DNA of 64,000 nucleotides from the NCBI RefSeq assembly GCF_009914755.1, contig NC_060931.1; one strand, written 5' to 3'. Under the pieces are notes generated by a model. The model was not told the origin of the DNA and made no database searches. It saw only the letters and a program-made list of their open reading frames with translations. Shown in pieces: positions 18,651 to 31,850 of this stretch. Each line of letters starts with the position of its first letter. Position 1 is the stretch's first letter. Position numbers and translations under genes: made by a program. This DNA comes from the human T2T-CHM13v2.0 reference genome, Homo sapiens.

Positions 18651-21600
18651 CAAATGTCCATTCTGAGTTAAAGGATCAGCCATAGGATTTCCCAGATCTG
18701 CCCTATTAGTCACATCCTCTCTTTCCCCATACAAACACCATGTGCCAAAATCATGTCCACAAGGGAGAGTAGCAGAACAGAAACTGAAGTGCCACTTTTG
18801 CTAATAGAGATGAGGAGGGCCAGTGTCATAAAGCATCAGCTAAAGTGTTTCTTGTGTTTCCCTGTACTCCTTATCCTTACCCATTTGGGCCACACTGAGA
18901 CCTCCATTACTCCAGGGGCAGTCCTGATGTCAGAAACAGCAAAGCAAGGCATCAGATTCTTAAATAATTCTAATTTTGGAATATCTTGGGTGCCTTCTGC
19001 AGCAGGAGAAAGCCGTCTTTCTGACAACTCCTTTCTTATGATATTGGGATGTGTTTCTAGAGCCCAGATTCCTTCTGTTGTTTCTTGCTCTCTTCAAGCA
19101 GTCCCAGCTGAGTTTAAAAATTGGCCAGCTTGTCAGCTGGTCCTACTTTCTTTCTAGCAAATGTAAGGCTAACACTGGATACTGGACCAGACTGCTCTCT
19201 ACTTCTTTTATTTTTGCTTTTGGAATTAAACATTTCTTTTCTTAACATAATCATCCATAATTTACCTTCTGGGGTTCTCCCCAGTATGAAATATACACGT
19301 AGAACAAGTTCTCAGTCCATTTGAGAACATCTATTTCACAAACAAATTCTACCCACTTCTGCACTTCTTCATATCTAAATGAGGTAATTTTATCTAGGAA
19401 ACATCTTCCCATTACCCCATCATCTGACCCAGGCTGGGACTACATTGCTGTGCTTCACCCTGGCTTGACTTTAATTGGGCTTTTTCTCCTCTTCCCTGCC
19501 TCTCTGAGCAGCCCTGATTCCCATAAGCAAAGTGTCCAGGCACACCTACATTTTGCTTCTAGACTTTGACTTTATAATATTTACACATGAGTCAGGACAG
19601 GCTAAGCTACACTGCACATCTTAGGGACTTGCAAGATAAAGGTTATTTTTCACTCACATTGTATGTCTTTTGTGAGTTGCTTCTGTTGCATGCCATCTTC
19701 ATTTTTGGACCAGCTAGTGAAGCAGCCTCCACCTGAAATATTGCCAGTTGCTGGGGCAGAGAGAAACGAGACACAGAGAATCACGTGCTGACTCTGAAAG
19801 CTTCTCTGTGAGTAACATGCATTGCATCTGCCCTTATTTCATTGGTTAGTGAAAGTCACAGGACCACTTCTGAGTTCAACTGTGTAAGACTAGAATGCTC
19901 CCACAGAAGCATCTAAGGACGAAAGTTAAAATATTTAACCTACGAGAATACAATTGATCAGAATGCACCTTGACTCAGAATGACATAGTCCTTGTATAAT
20001 AAGTCCCTAGGCACCTTCATCTGTTTCTTGATAAAATAAATTCCATCACCCATAGTGACTGAAACCACAGTTTGATTCATGAAATTTTGAACACACTAAA
20101 GGGTTAAATAATCAGCAACCCCAAGTCAAGCGGATACATGAAGAGAAGGAGGAGGTAAATCCAAGACTGCACAAGCCAAATGAAGCCAAGAAGTGAGTCT
20201 CCCCACGGCTCCTTTCTTGGCTCTGCAGACACAATCTGGGGATACAGATCCAGGGCCACCTGCCTCTGTGCAACACTAATGAGCCGAAAGCCCTGAATGT
20301 CACACACTTGAGCTCCAAGGCGGATGTGTATTGTAGCTGCTTTTTGTAGTTTAATGTCCCTGTGTGCTCTCCTGGCTGAGAAACAGATTAAAGGGGAAAA
20401 CAAGCTGTGATAGCAAAACAACATTCTCCCCACGGCCGCCTGAAGGCCTGTTGGAAGCTCTGCCTTGTTTTGAAGGCATTCTTAAGTGGAACTAAGAGAA
20501 TCTCATTTCCCAATAATCTCATCACAGCCGCAGCCACCCATCAGCCTCCACCACTCACTGCATAGTGACAAGTGGGCCTCCCCTGAAGTACGCTGATCCT
20601 CAAGTGCTGGTTTTGCCGGTGTCCTTACTTGGCCAGGCACCAGCAAGGCAGAATTCACAACCCACTCCTCATCCTTTCTTTCTCCAGCATTCCCTCTGGA
20701 GGGGCCAAGGATCAATAACCAAACAAGGAGCATGCCAATGTCATAAACAGCTAAGCCTATCATTTATCATCTAAACAAGAATGCTTTTGAGACCAAAGAA
20801 GTTTGCTAAATTAAATGGGGTATATAAATTGAAATATTCACTGACCCTCAAATAGTTTTATGATGATAAGTTTATAAAATAGTTCTCTGAAACCTATTTT
20901 TAAAAATAAATTAATTTCTAACAAATAAAAATAACATAGTCTCATGTACATGAAATAAAATTTTTTGAAAACTTTTATATTGTTTGAGCATTTAAAATAA
21001 TGTAAGCAAAATGATGATTGTTAGTACATATTCACTTACTGTAATCTGCTTCTCAGCCACATCTGTTCTCTGCCACTGATATTTTTCTAAAAAACTTATC
21101 CTTTAAAATGATTTGATTTTTTTCCAAAACTTGTTTAAGTGTGCCTTTTATGGTTAGTAAATTTAAAATTCTTCGTATGTTCACTTGACTCTTCTCTGTA
21201 CACCATGATGTATATTTAAATTGAGAAAATGCTGTCTTTATATAGGCACTAAAGTGCATCATTTAATGTGCTTATTGGACATTTGTACGTCTTTTGAAGA
21301 AATGTCTACTCAATTTGCCCCATTTTTCAATTGAGTTTTGGTTGTGATTGTTGTTGAATTGTAGAAGTTCTTTATGTATTCTGGATATTAACCCCTAATT
21401 GGAAACAAAATTTGTGAATATTTTCTCCCATTCTGTGGGTTGCCTTTTTACTCTGTTGTGTCCTTTGATGCATAAAGATTCTTAAATTTGATGTAGTTTA
21501 ATTTAGTTTTTCCTTTTGTTATCTGTTAAAATTAATTTTAAAAGATAAACTCTTTAAATAATAGGTATCTATGATTCTTTTAAAAGAAATTAAAATTTAG

Positions 21601-22755
21601 ATGATGTAAAATTAGTAGATTTTACCTACAAAGCAAGGTATTGCAAAATATAATAATAGAATTTCAAAATGAAATGTTACACTCCTTTTGAGCTCTCAAT
21701 GTTTAGTTTTTTCAGTTTCTCTATTGCTTTATTAAGGAAACATTTCAACAGTTTTTTGCCTGCAAATATTGTTTTCAAACTGCAGTTTTTTAAAAAAAAC
21801 TTCAAATGCTGAGATTGGGGGGGCTACATTTGTTAAATATTTGGAACAAAATGCAGACAGATTTTAGATTACTTAATCACACAAACGTTCAATACCATTT
21901 GCAAGACACTACTTAATTTGATGTACAAAGTAATTCTTCAAAGGCTCAAACATTTCTAAACTTCAGTTGATGATGGGCAGCAAAGGATAAAAATCTGTAT
22001 GCCTTTTCATTAGTGTTTTTAGTTTTCACTCTCAGCTTACATACACACATACAATGCAGTTCAATTGTACTGGTATATACAAAAATTTTCACAAGTAGAG
22101 ATGTTATTTTGATTGCAACATGTTTGAATGCAATTGTGAATTATGTTTTTCTTAATTTAGTAAGAATTTTTTTTTACCATGAGTGCACTGCATAAAAATT
22201 TGTATTTATATTAGTACAGCAAAAGACAAATAACTTATCCCTTTCTTAGTTGAATTTCCTTGAGAAACAGACACCGAGGCTAGGATTGAGTGCACGTAGT
22301 TCATTCAGAGGTTCAGGAAACCATCAGGAGAGTGGGAAGATGACATTAGAAGTGAAGGCAGCCAGTAACAGGCTGTTCCTAAGCTAGCTAATATGGTGGG
22401 CTTAGCCTTGTAGGAAGCTCTGGGTATCGCTGTAAAACACACTATCCCAGGCAAGGGGCCAGGGAGCTGGGGCATTGATACCCCTCTTTCCTTTTAATTA
22501 TTGGCTAAGAAATGCTCCTGAGGGTAGTGCCCTAAGTACTGCTGGCCTTATAGGTGTGGCAAAGTGAGTTAGAACAGCTGTGAATAGCAGTCTACTGACA
22601 AATACACATGTACCAGCTAGAGCATAAACTGAGAAGGTTTGAGCAGGGCATTCACCGACCAATTTTGCTTCAATTTTTGTTGTTGAATTTGTATCAGTCT
22701 AGATCAATCAGGAAGCAAAAAACACCCAGTAGCTTAAATAAAAGAAGTTTTATAC

Positions 22756-22965
22756 AAGGGTCAGCAAACTGTCCACAGGCCAAAATTGGACCTGCTTTTA
22801 TAAATAAAGTGTGATTGCAACACAGCCACACCCATTCATTTGCATATTGTCTATGGCTGTTTTTGTGTTACAACAGCAGCGGTGAGTAGTCATGACACAG
22901 ATGTATGGCCCACGGAGTCCACAATATTTACTATTTGGCCCTTTACAGAAAAAGTTTGCCTACTC
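22756..22965. mobile_element. MER58A hAT MITE
   Basis: caagggtcagcaaact...ttacagaaaaagtttgcc termini. Confidence 0.7.
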
Positions 22966-25900
22966 ATAATTTAATACAAAGAATGAATAAGCTATGGTAG
23001 GACAATAACTATGAAGATTCAAAGAGAAATCTAAAGTGCAGAGGGAAATATATAAAAAAGAACAACTTTGGGGGGCCCCTCCCCAAGGGTAGGTTCAGAA
23101 TTCATTGAAGAGGGTGTGGACAGTGGAGAGGTTGCTAGGTTGCCCAGGCCAGAGCTGGCCCACAGTGGCCAGGCAAGCAAGAACAAACGTTTATGTGCAG
23201 ATGAGCCAAGGCTGGTGGGCCAGTGGGCAGAGTCTGGGTGCCACCACAGGAGCGAGGCCTGGGGCATGTCGTGTTTCAATCTGGGAGGGGGGGGGAACAG
23301 AGTCAACCCTCCAGGCCAAAGGTGAGCCAAGGCTGATGGGGGGCACACAGAGGGAATCAGGCACCCTGAGGGAAGCAGGGCACTGCTGAAGTTGCTACTG
23401 GAACTGGGAGCTGAAGTGACCACCTTGTGTGGGAATCTACTGCACTATGTGTAAGGCTTGGGTTGGGCTCCATGGCTGGCTGGATGGGATAAAGGTCAGG
23501 CAGCTCACTAGATGACCATCCCCATGTGACCACACATGTGCACATGGTTGGGGCTTAGGAAGGAGTGCAGGGAGCAGCGAGCTGGGTAGGCCACACTCTC
23601 AGTGGCTCCTGACTGCAGTGCCACTGCTTGAATTGAGGGTTGCAGAAAGCTCCTGGCAAATGCAAGAGAAAGCTGTACCTGTAGGAACCTAGCAGTGAAG
23701 AAACAGAAAAAAAAGTGCCCCATCCAGAAGTGGGTAAGTCACACTGGAACCAGGAAGGAAACCCCTTCCTCCTGCAATGTCTCTCCAGTGGTCTCTACTT
23801 ACAAAGCTTAACATTGTGCCAGCCAGCAAAGGAAAACGTATACAAGGCCCAGATCTATTATCAGTGAGCAGGCAAAAATATGAATCTGGAGCTTAGAGGC
23901 AAGAAATTGACAAGAAGCAAAAAGTTGACTCTTCTTCAGTAGCTGAAAATTTAGTACTTAATTTTTCATTAAATATGTACCTTCAATATTTTAAGCAACT
24001 GATACAAATGTTTTAAATTAAACAAATATTATTAAATAATAAAATAAAAATAAAATCACTGTGCCAAAACCACACAGACTTTATTCTATGTGTTCTCTAG
24101 CAAGACTGCTCAACCTCTATTTCCTCTGCATATGTTCCACATCGCCTATTTATTTTGATGACTAGTCACCTGGAAGCCTTTGTGCATTCTGTACCCCAAA
24201 ACGTGGGCCAAGGCACAGCCCACTGGCACACGGGCATCCACATAAAATACTTCTCCACCACTGCAGAGAGGGGAGGAGGAAGTTGTCATTGGCTGCTTGT
24301 AGCTGAGAACACTTTGTTTTATCTGAAAGCAGTATGTGTCATCATGAAAAAGGAGATGTAAGTAATGTTGTGTCTGTATACATATGGGGAAAGAGTAATA
24401 AGTTATCTCTGATTATTTTCACTTGTTAATATGAAAACTATGCTCACTGCACAGGCAAATCACCCATGCCTAGCTGAGATCATGGCAGCAGACAGAAATA
24501 CAAAGTGCAGGTCTACCAAACCCATCCCAGCTTATTTTAATGTAACTACTAATAGCAAGACTTTAAAACAGATATATTTAGGACAAAAGATAGCCTGGTC
24601 ATGTTTTAGCCAGGTCTTTCCCAGGCAAATTTGGATGAAAAGTTACCCTACTGATTCCACACTTCAAATGCTGAAAAGCTGACATGGAGATTGTAGTTTA
24701 GACCTGGATGACCACACAAGACCTCATCCACCTGTTCTCCTCCCTTGAATCTCAGAGACCCTTTTATCCAGTCCACAGAGAAAAGGGCAGGTCTGTGTTA
24801 TTCACCCAGGCACAGTGTATCAGAGGAGATGCGGCAGAGCTGCAGCACTGTTCAATGCAAGAACCTAACCCAGTAGTGAAGCTTGGTCCAAAGAGTGGCT
24901 GCTTAGGTCCGATTAGATGAGATCAGCCACTCTTTCTTCCATGAGGATGAGTGAGTGGATGGATGGAGAGAGATGCAGAATTATGGGACAAAATATCCTG
25001 ACATGGCACCACCTACCTCCACTCATTCACGTCTGCCTCATCCTCCTTCAGCACCCACATGCCTTACTACACATCTGGCGACAGTCCTATCTCTCCTTCC
25101 TCAAAAACGTACCTAGACTCTATTCCCATTCTTTCCATCCCTTTCCAACTGCTGTGGTTTTGCCTTTCATTTTCTCCAGCCTGAACTCCTACAACAGTTT
25201 CCTCACTTGCCACCACACTGACCACATCTGCATCCCTCTACAGATGTGGTCAGCTCCCTCTGATGACCTTGTGTTGTGGATGAGATGAAGCTCAAACTCC
25301 TTAGCCTGAAAGATAGTGGTTCCCGAAGCTGCATGTACATCCCAGTTATCTGGAGGTTGTCTTTAAAACTAAAACATGGTGGTCTCCATCTCAGGCTTCC
25401 TGAATCCCTGGAGGTACAGGAATTTAATAATGCCGTCCCTACAAGGCCCTTCACAACACAGCACCAATCTCCTTTCATCACCTCCTGCAACCCTCCATAC
25501 CCTGAAGCCACATAGATTATTTTCCATTTTCCTACTGTGACATGTACTTTCATGCAGTGAGTTTTCATATTCTTTTCTGGAGTATTTTTTTTTGCCCTCT
25601 TTGCCTTTATACTTCCAGATGCTTCAACATTTAGCCCCAATAACATCCGCTCTGTGAGGTCCTTACTCATCCACTGTGAAGAGGTAGGCTCTCCTTAGTG
25701 TCTTACAGCGCCTATACTTAGCACAAACTGTATTTTTTCTTGGAGTTTTAAGGGGCCCAGAAAGTAACATCACTCTTCCTTGCTTAGTTCAAAGAGAGAC
25801 ACATTATTGAATTCCTGTACCTCCAGAGATTCAGTGAGCCTGAGGTGAAGACCACTATTTGTTAGTTTTAAAGATAATTCCAGATAACTTGAATGTACAT

Positions 25901-27609
25901 TCAGTGACATCAGATGGAAATGAAAATATCAGCTTCATTACTGACAGACTGCACTCTGGAAGGTCAGATTTGTGTGTGGGCATGGGGGCTTAGTACCACA
26001 CTTTTCTGTCTGAATTACACTCCCTTTAGATGGGCAGAACCTGCCTTGCTATGCTGTTTACCTGGAAGTAGAGTAGCAGAGAGCTTAACAGTAGGAATGG
26101 AGTGAGGGGAGAGAAAGAGAGGCAAAGAAGCAAGTCCATTTTTCTCTTCCAAACTCTTCATCAGATAATCCACTGTGACTGACCCCCAGTGAAGGGCTGA
26201 GGAGAGGAGAGAGGTGGAGAAAAGCCTAGCGTGGTCTGGTGGAAGTCCCTCATGGAAACATAAGAATTTTAGAATAAATGCCCCCTAAGAGTACTGTAAT
26301 TATTTTTATATGATCATCTTACTCTATTTCCTAGACTTCTAGAATCCCAAAGATGGGATTTTTTCATTTCTTCTGCCTGGTACTAAATTCAATACATGTT
26401 TGTTAAATGAATGCTTAATCCTGAAGTGTTATTTAACACATTAGATTTTAAAGACAGTGATACCTCAAATTTTAAAATCAAACAGCTTCTAGTCATTTCA
26501 AATTCCCAGCAGTCTCTCTAATGTAATTACATGGTTTATTGGTTACGTTTGGACATTGTCTACAAGTGTTATTTGTGGTAGACTTTATCCCCCAGATAGC
26601 TGTGTCTTCCATCTATTTTTAGTTGCTTTCTTAATTTAAATTCAAATAGGACAAAAGCCAGGACCTGATGTCCTGCTGCTGTGTACATAGCTTAAGAATG
26701 ATTTCTAAATATTTGCTACCTTTTGTAAGAGAAACAGACCTTGTGAGGCATCACATATCTAGATGGATTGGAGCCAGATGAGAAGCATATGGTCCTTATT
26801 TCCAAAATCCTTGTTTGCATTGGAGAGGGGTTGGCAGTTGAAAGCTGAAACCTCTCCTTCTGAATAACCAGATAAAGGGAAAGTGTCTGCCTACTCAAGT
26901 TGTGGAATAGCTTGGAAATCAGTAATGAAGAGAGGCCAAAACAGACCTCGGCTATTGGAGAGTAAAGTGGACAGAAAAAAGGCATTGAAACCAGAGACCT
27001 TTGGCTTGGAATGTCAGCAGGTCACTTACATCTCAGTACCAGTTTCTTCATCTTGAAGGGGAGTTAATATCACTTTTGCAAAGTTGGCTGTGATAACTGA
27101 GTGAGGCCAGGTGTGGTACCTGGCCTAGCAGACACCAGTCTCTGTCACTTATCCATTGGACTAATAGCACACCAGCATCATGGACTAGCAACTCTGCTTC
27201 TCTGTCAATGTTTGTGGAGACAGGGGTGGAGATGTTTTCTGAGCAAATTTATTTTTCAAGAACTCCTTCAGAGGCATTGCCCATATGTCCTATGGTTGAT
27301 ATTTTTTCATTTGTGAAAATGTAAACACACGCTTGGGCACTTTCACCATGTTACCATTGCTATACTGTTTACCTTTTTTACTTGAATGCAAGCTGTGAGT
27401 TTCAATGCTCATCTGGTCTACTTGGCTAGGATGACATTTATGCTACTTAGGAATGGTTGACATTTAGATCTTAGCAGTAACTGTTGGAACACTTCCAGGT
27501 TAATCTTGGATAATTGGTTTAAATCCAATTCTTTTTGTTTTTCCCTGAGAGGAATGATAAGAAACTATTAACAGTGATTCCTTTTGGGTGAAAGACACAT
27601 GGCGGGAGA

Positions 27610-28199
27610 GGAGGCAGCCTCTAAGATGGCCCCCAAAGACCCCCACCTCCTAGTGTTCACCTCATTGTGCAATCCCCTCGTATCCAGTGTAGACTGGACT
27701 TACTAACTTGCCTCTAATGAACAGAATTCAGCAGAAGCAATGGATGTCACTTCCAAGATGAGGTTTTAGAAAGACTGTGACTTCCAACTTGGGTGTTTTT
27801 TTTCTTGCCTTTTCTCTCCTCTGCTCACTCAGAGGGCCTCTGATTCCCGTATTGTGAGCTGCCCTGTGCAAGACTCCTGTGGCAAGGAACCGGGGGAGGC
27901 CTGCAGGAAACCGTCTATGAGCAACCCAGGCCCTTAATCCATTGCCTGTGATGGACTAAATTCTGCCAAAAACCAAATGAGTGAGCTTGAAAGAAGACCT
28001 TCCCTTAGTCAAGCGTTTAGGTGAGACTGAAGCTCCAGTCAACAGCTTGACTGAAACCTCTGAGAGACCTCGTGCCAGAGACAACCAACTAAGCAGCAGC
28101 TAGACTTCTGACCCCGAGAACTGTGACACAATGGTGCTTTGTTATATTAAGCTGCTAAATTTGGGGGTAATTTATTGCACAGCAATAGATAACTAATAA
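27610..28199 (+). mobile_element. MLT1 (E/F-like) MaLR LTR
   Basis: ggcagcctctaagatggcccc start; aatttggggtaatt..cagcaatagataactaata end. Confidence 0.7.
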
Positions 28200-28795
28200 A
28201 GGAAGAGATGATGAAAAGGGTAATAAAAAGCAGCTTTTACCTTTTATTTTATGCCTGTTTTACTGTATAAATTTTCTCATTTTATATATGTACAATATTT
28301 ACTTTTTAAAATATTGTCAACAGGTGTTATTTAGGCCAGTGGATTATGGAAAATCCTGCAAATTGGCTCACTCAGTGCAAACTCCAACAGCTTCTATTGC
28401 CTTCCCGTACTACAGAAGCTAGCAAACTAACAAACAAACAAACAAACAAGCAAAAAACCCTGCATTTCCTAGACTCTCTTGAAACTGAGAACCCATATGT
28501 GACCTAGTTTTTATCAAGCAAACATACTGCTTAGGTAAAACTTAGAAAAAAATTAGCACTTAGGGATGATGGGATGTTCTAGCCAATCTGTGGGTAGAGA
28601 TATTCTGCAGTAACTGTAGTGGAGGTTCTATGGTCTAGGTATAAGCTAGACTGTAGTCCTCAAAATCAAAAGTGTGAAGGGATAGTGTGAAGTGGCCATG
28701 GAGTTTCCATAAGAGCAGTTTCATAGAACTGTGTTCTATGTGGTGCCATTGTTCCTGTTTGGGCAACATCCAAGATAAGAACTTAACTCACTTAA

Positions 28796-29129
<334 letters not shown>

Positions 29130-29574
29130 CCCACATTTTGAATAATTAGCATTAATTATTTATATGAATTATTATATAATTATTATAATAATTAGCATTA
29201 ATTATTTAAAATGTTAAGTTAAATTTCTTTTGGTGGCTTCAAAACCGACAGTATAATGGTTACTATTTTTGTTCAACTAACTTTATCTTAACTTTCCTTA
29301 ACTTCCTGTAAAACTCTACCCTCTCCTCCAACTTTCTTCAGTCTTGCTTCCACCAAGACTTTTGAGAGTGAAAGAAGGCACTATTTGTAATTACACTGGG
29401 ACAAGAGGCATAATCAAATCTTATATGTTCATGCCATATAAGTAGGATCATATTCCTGTCAGTTCTCTCCACCTGTCTGAAAATACATGCTTACAATCTT
29501 TTATTAATCAAAACGTAAGATCAATAAGTTCAAATATACAGAAAAATATAGAAGTATGCAAAAATGTCGGCATG

Positions 29575-30072
29575 TTTAGATTCACCATATAAGTGAGATC
29601 ATGTGGTATTTGTCTTTCTGTGCCTGGCTTATTTCACTTAACATAATGTCCTTCAAGTTCATCCATGTTGCTGTAAATGATGGGATTTCTTTCTTTTTTA
29701 AGGCTGAATTGTATTCCATTAAGTAAATATACCACATTTTCTAAATCTAAAAAAGTCAAACTCATAGAAGTAGAGATTAGAATGGTGATTACCAGGGGTT
29801 AGGGGTAGGAATTGGGGCGATGTTGGCTAAAGGATACAAAATTTCAGTTAGGAGGAATAAGTTCAAGAGAGCTGTCATACACTGTAGTGACTACAGTTAA
29901 TAACAATGTATTGTATTCTTGAAAATCGCTAAGAGAATAGATTTTAAGTCTTCTCACCACAAAATAAGTATGTGAGATACTCGATTTAACCATTCCACAA
30001 TGTATACGTATTTCAAAACATCACATTGTACACAATAAATATATGCAATTTATTATTAATTTTAAAAACAAA
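29575..30072. mobile_element. L1MA-type 3' fragment with 5' inversion
   Basis: 29575-29742 is antisense L1 3' sequence; 29744-30072 is its sense continuation. Confidence 0.75.
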
Positions 30073-30280
30073 TGGTTTAAAATGCTAACATTAGTCACTT
30101 CCATATGGTGAGATAATGGGCAATTTTTATTTCCTTCTTCCGCATATTTTTTATGCTTCCTAATTTTTGCCATTATCCATGAATTATGGATGGGGGACGG
30201 GGGGTTAAAATAATGTTTAGTCTTCTAGGCAGTGGATATTTAGGGCATTAAATCCAGGGCCTGACTCCACAGCTGAGATG

Positions 30281-30688
30281 CTACTTGTGGCGATCATCTT
30301 CTCCCAAGCTCCACATTTTAGCTTTGTACAGAGTGATGTCACTGTAGACCCTGAAGTGGTTCATCCTGTGGTCACGGCGTTCTGGGTCGACCAAGGCTTC
30401 TGAGTCCCACCCAATTTCCTGGTTTTCAGTCTGTGCCTCCGGGTACTTCTTCGTTGGCCCCTGGGCAGCATGGTGAATGAGATTCAGAAACCTGGCGTCT
30501 GCGGGTTCCTCCAGGTTATCATGCCAAGACATAGGCTTCCTCGTAATCCTGTGAACCTTGCGCAGGGGATTCACATGGTACTGCGTGTGGAGTTTCTGGG
30601 TTCGTAACTCTTTGAGGTACAGCTCCCGCAAGATCTGGTTCTGATGGACCTCATCTGTGACCACCCTCTCTTTCGGGTGTCCCGCCAT
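30281..30688 (-). CDS. FAM183B: Intronless retrocopy of FAM183A/CFAP144 (cilia-associated protein) with an intact 135-aa ORF; usually annotated FAM183B/FAM183BP (CFAP144P1)
   Basis: [44 protein letters not shown]...SLGEDDRHK recognised as FAM183 family. No introns, stops or frameshifts; start context GCTATGG; candidate AATAAA at 30126-30131 (-). Confidence 0.9.
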
Positions 30689-30764
30689 AGCCTTGGGGCT
30701 GCTCCGTGGGTCCGGGGCTCTCTCGGCGTCCTCTTACCACTCGCTTGGCTGCGGGCCTTCTGCA

Positions 30765-30803
30765 GTCTCTAGGCAATGGCACCCCACTCCGTCTCCAGGC
30801 AAC
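30765..30803 (-). promoter_or_regulatory. Two tandem RFX X-box-like motifs about 80-115 bp upstream of the FAM183B ATG
   Basis: GTCTCTAGGCAAT (30765-30777) and GTCTCCAGGCAAC (30791-30803; GTTGCCTGGAGAC on -) in a locally CpG-enriched segment. Confidence 0.6.
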
Positions 30804-31752
30804 GGCGTTCGTATGATACCGCTCTGGCCTCTCGGAATCCAGCCTCTTTACTAGAACCGCCTCTGGATACTGCCAGGAAAAAGGCTTGCCATCAACTGGC
30901 AAACCCAGGAGATAATGAACATAAAACTAGACCTCACGTTGTCCAATCACCTCCCTCCTTGAGAAAAGATTCGATGCTTTTCACTCCCCTACCTTCTCTG
31001 CCCCTGGTCCTGCAGTTTGCTCCGTGGTTACAAACCAAGTTCCACGGAGAAGCCAGTTCAAATGCAGAGGCTTGTGCAGTCTGGCTGCCCAGGCAGGAGA
31101 GGAAAGGCGCAGGCCAGGCCGAATGTTCGCTTGCCATGGTCTTGGATTCCCCGTGTCTGCCAGGTCGCTGCTGGGAATCCACAAGTCCTGGCAATTCTGG
31201 ACCGCCTGGGAACTGCCCCAGTAGGAGGGAAACCATTTCTCCAGGGTGAGATTTGCAAGCCGTCAGGTCTGGTTGGGGGTGGCTGGATAGGGAGTGGGGA
31301 CTAGAGTACAGGGGACTAGAAAGAAGGGCTATGAGGAGGGTGAGGGGGAAAGATAGGGGGACACCGGGAAAGGGGTGCCTGACGAACAGGGCGGCGGCAC
31401 ACGGACGCCCTGGTAGTAACAGAGGAAGGGCCGGGCAGGAAGTTCCTTGAGGTAGGGTACTGGGAAGGGGCGACATTAGTCAGCTTGGGCAAACGGGTAG
31501 GGCAGAAAATCGAACAACTTGGACGGCTCTGGAGAGGAGGCTGACGGCAGGAAGTTTGAGGAGTAACGGGGGGAAGGAGGGCTGGAAGACGAGAGCGGGA
31601 AGGAACAGAAAGAAAATGAGGCTGGGGTTGAGGCCGAGAAATTGGAGGTAGCTTTCTAGTCATTTTTCCAAATCAGCGCTGTAGTAACTCACTTGTCCAA
31701 ACGAGTCAAAATGAGTAACTGAGATGTGCTGAGACCGACTCCAGCTTTTATC

Positions 31753-31850
31753 CCCTCAGGACATTCCATCACAGAATGCCTATTATGAAATGTACATTTA
31801 TCTCCTTAGGTCATTTCATCACAGAATCCCTATTATGAAACGTACATTCT
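31753..31850. repeat. Two-copy 50-bp tandem duplication
   Basis: cattccatcacagaatgcctattatgaaatgtacatt (31762) vs catttcatcacagaatccctattatgaaacgtacatt (31812). Confidence 0.9.

Noticed and set aside
29141-29208. AT-rich 22-bp direct repeat beside an Alu
   Set aside because: Low-complexity slippage; no further structure.
30776-31663. Overlapping 115-180-aa ORFs upstream of FAM183B
   Set aside because: Expected in GC-rich, stop-poor sequence; low complexity and no recognisable family.
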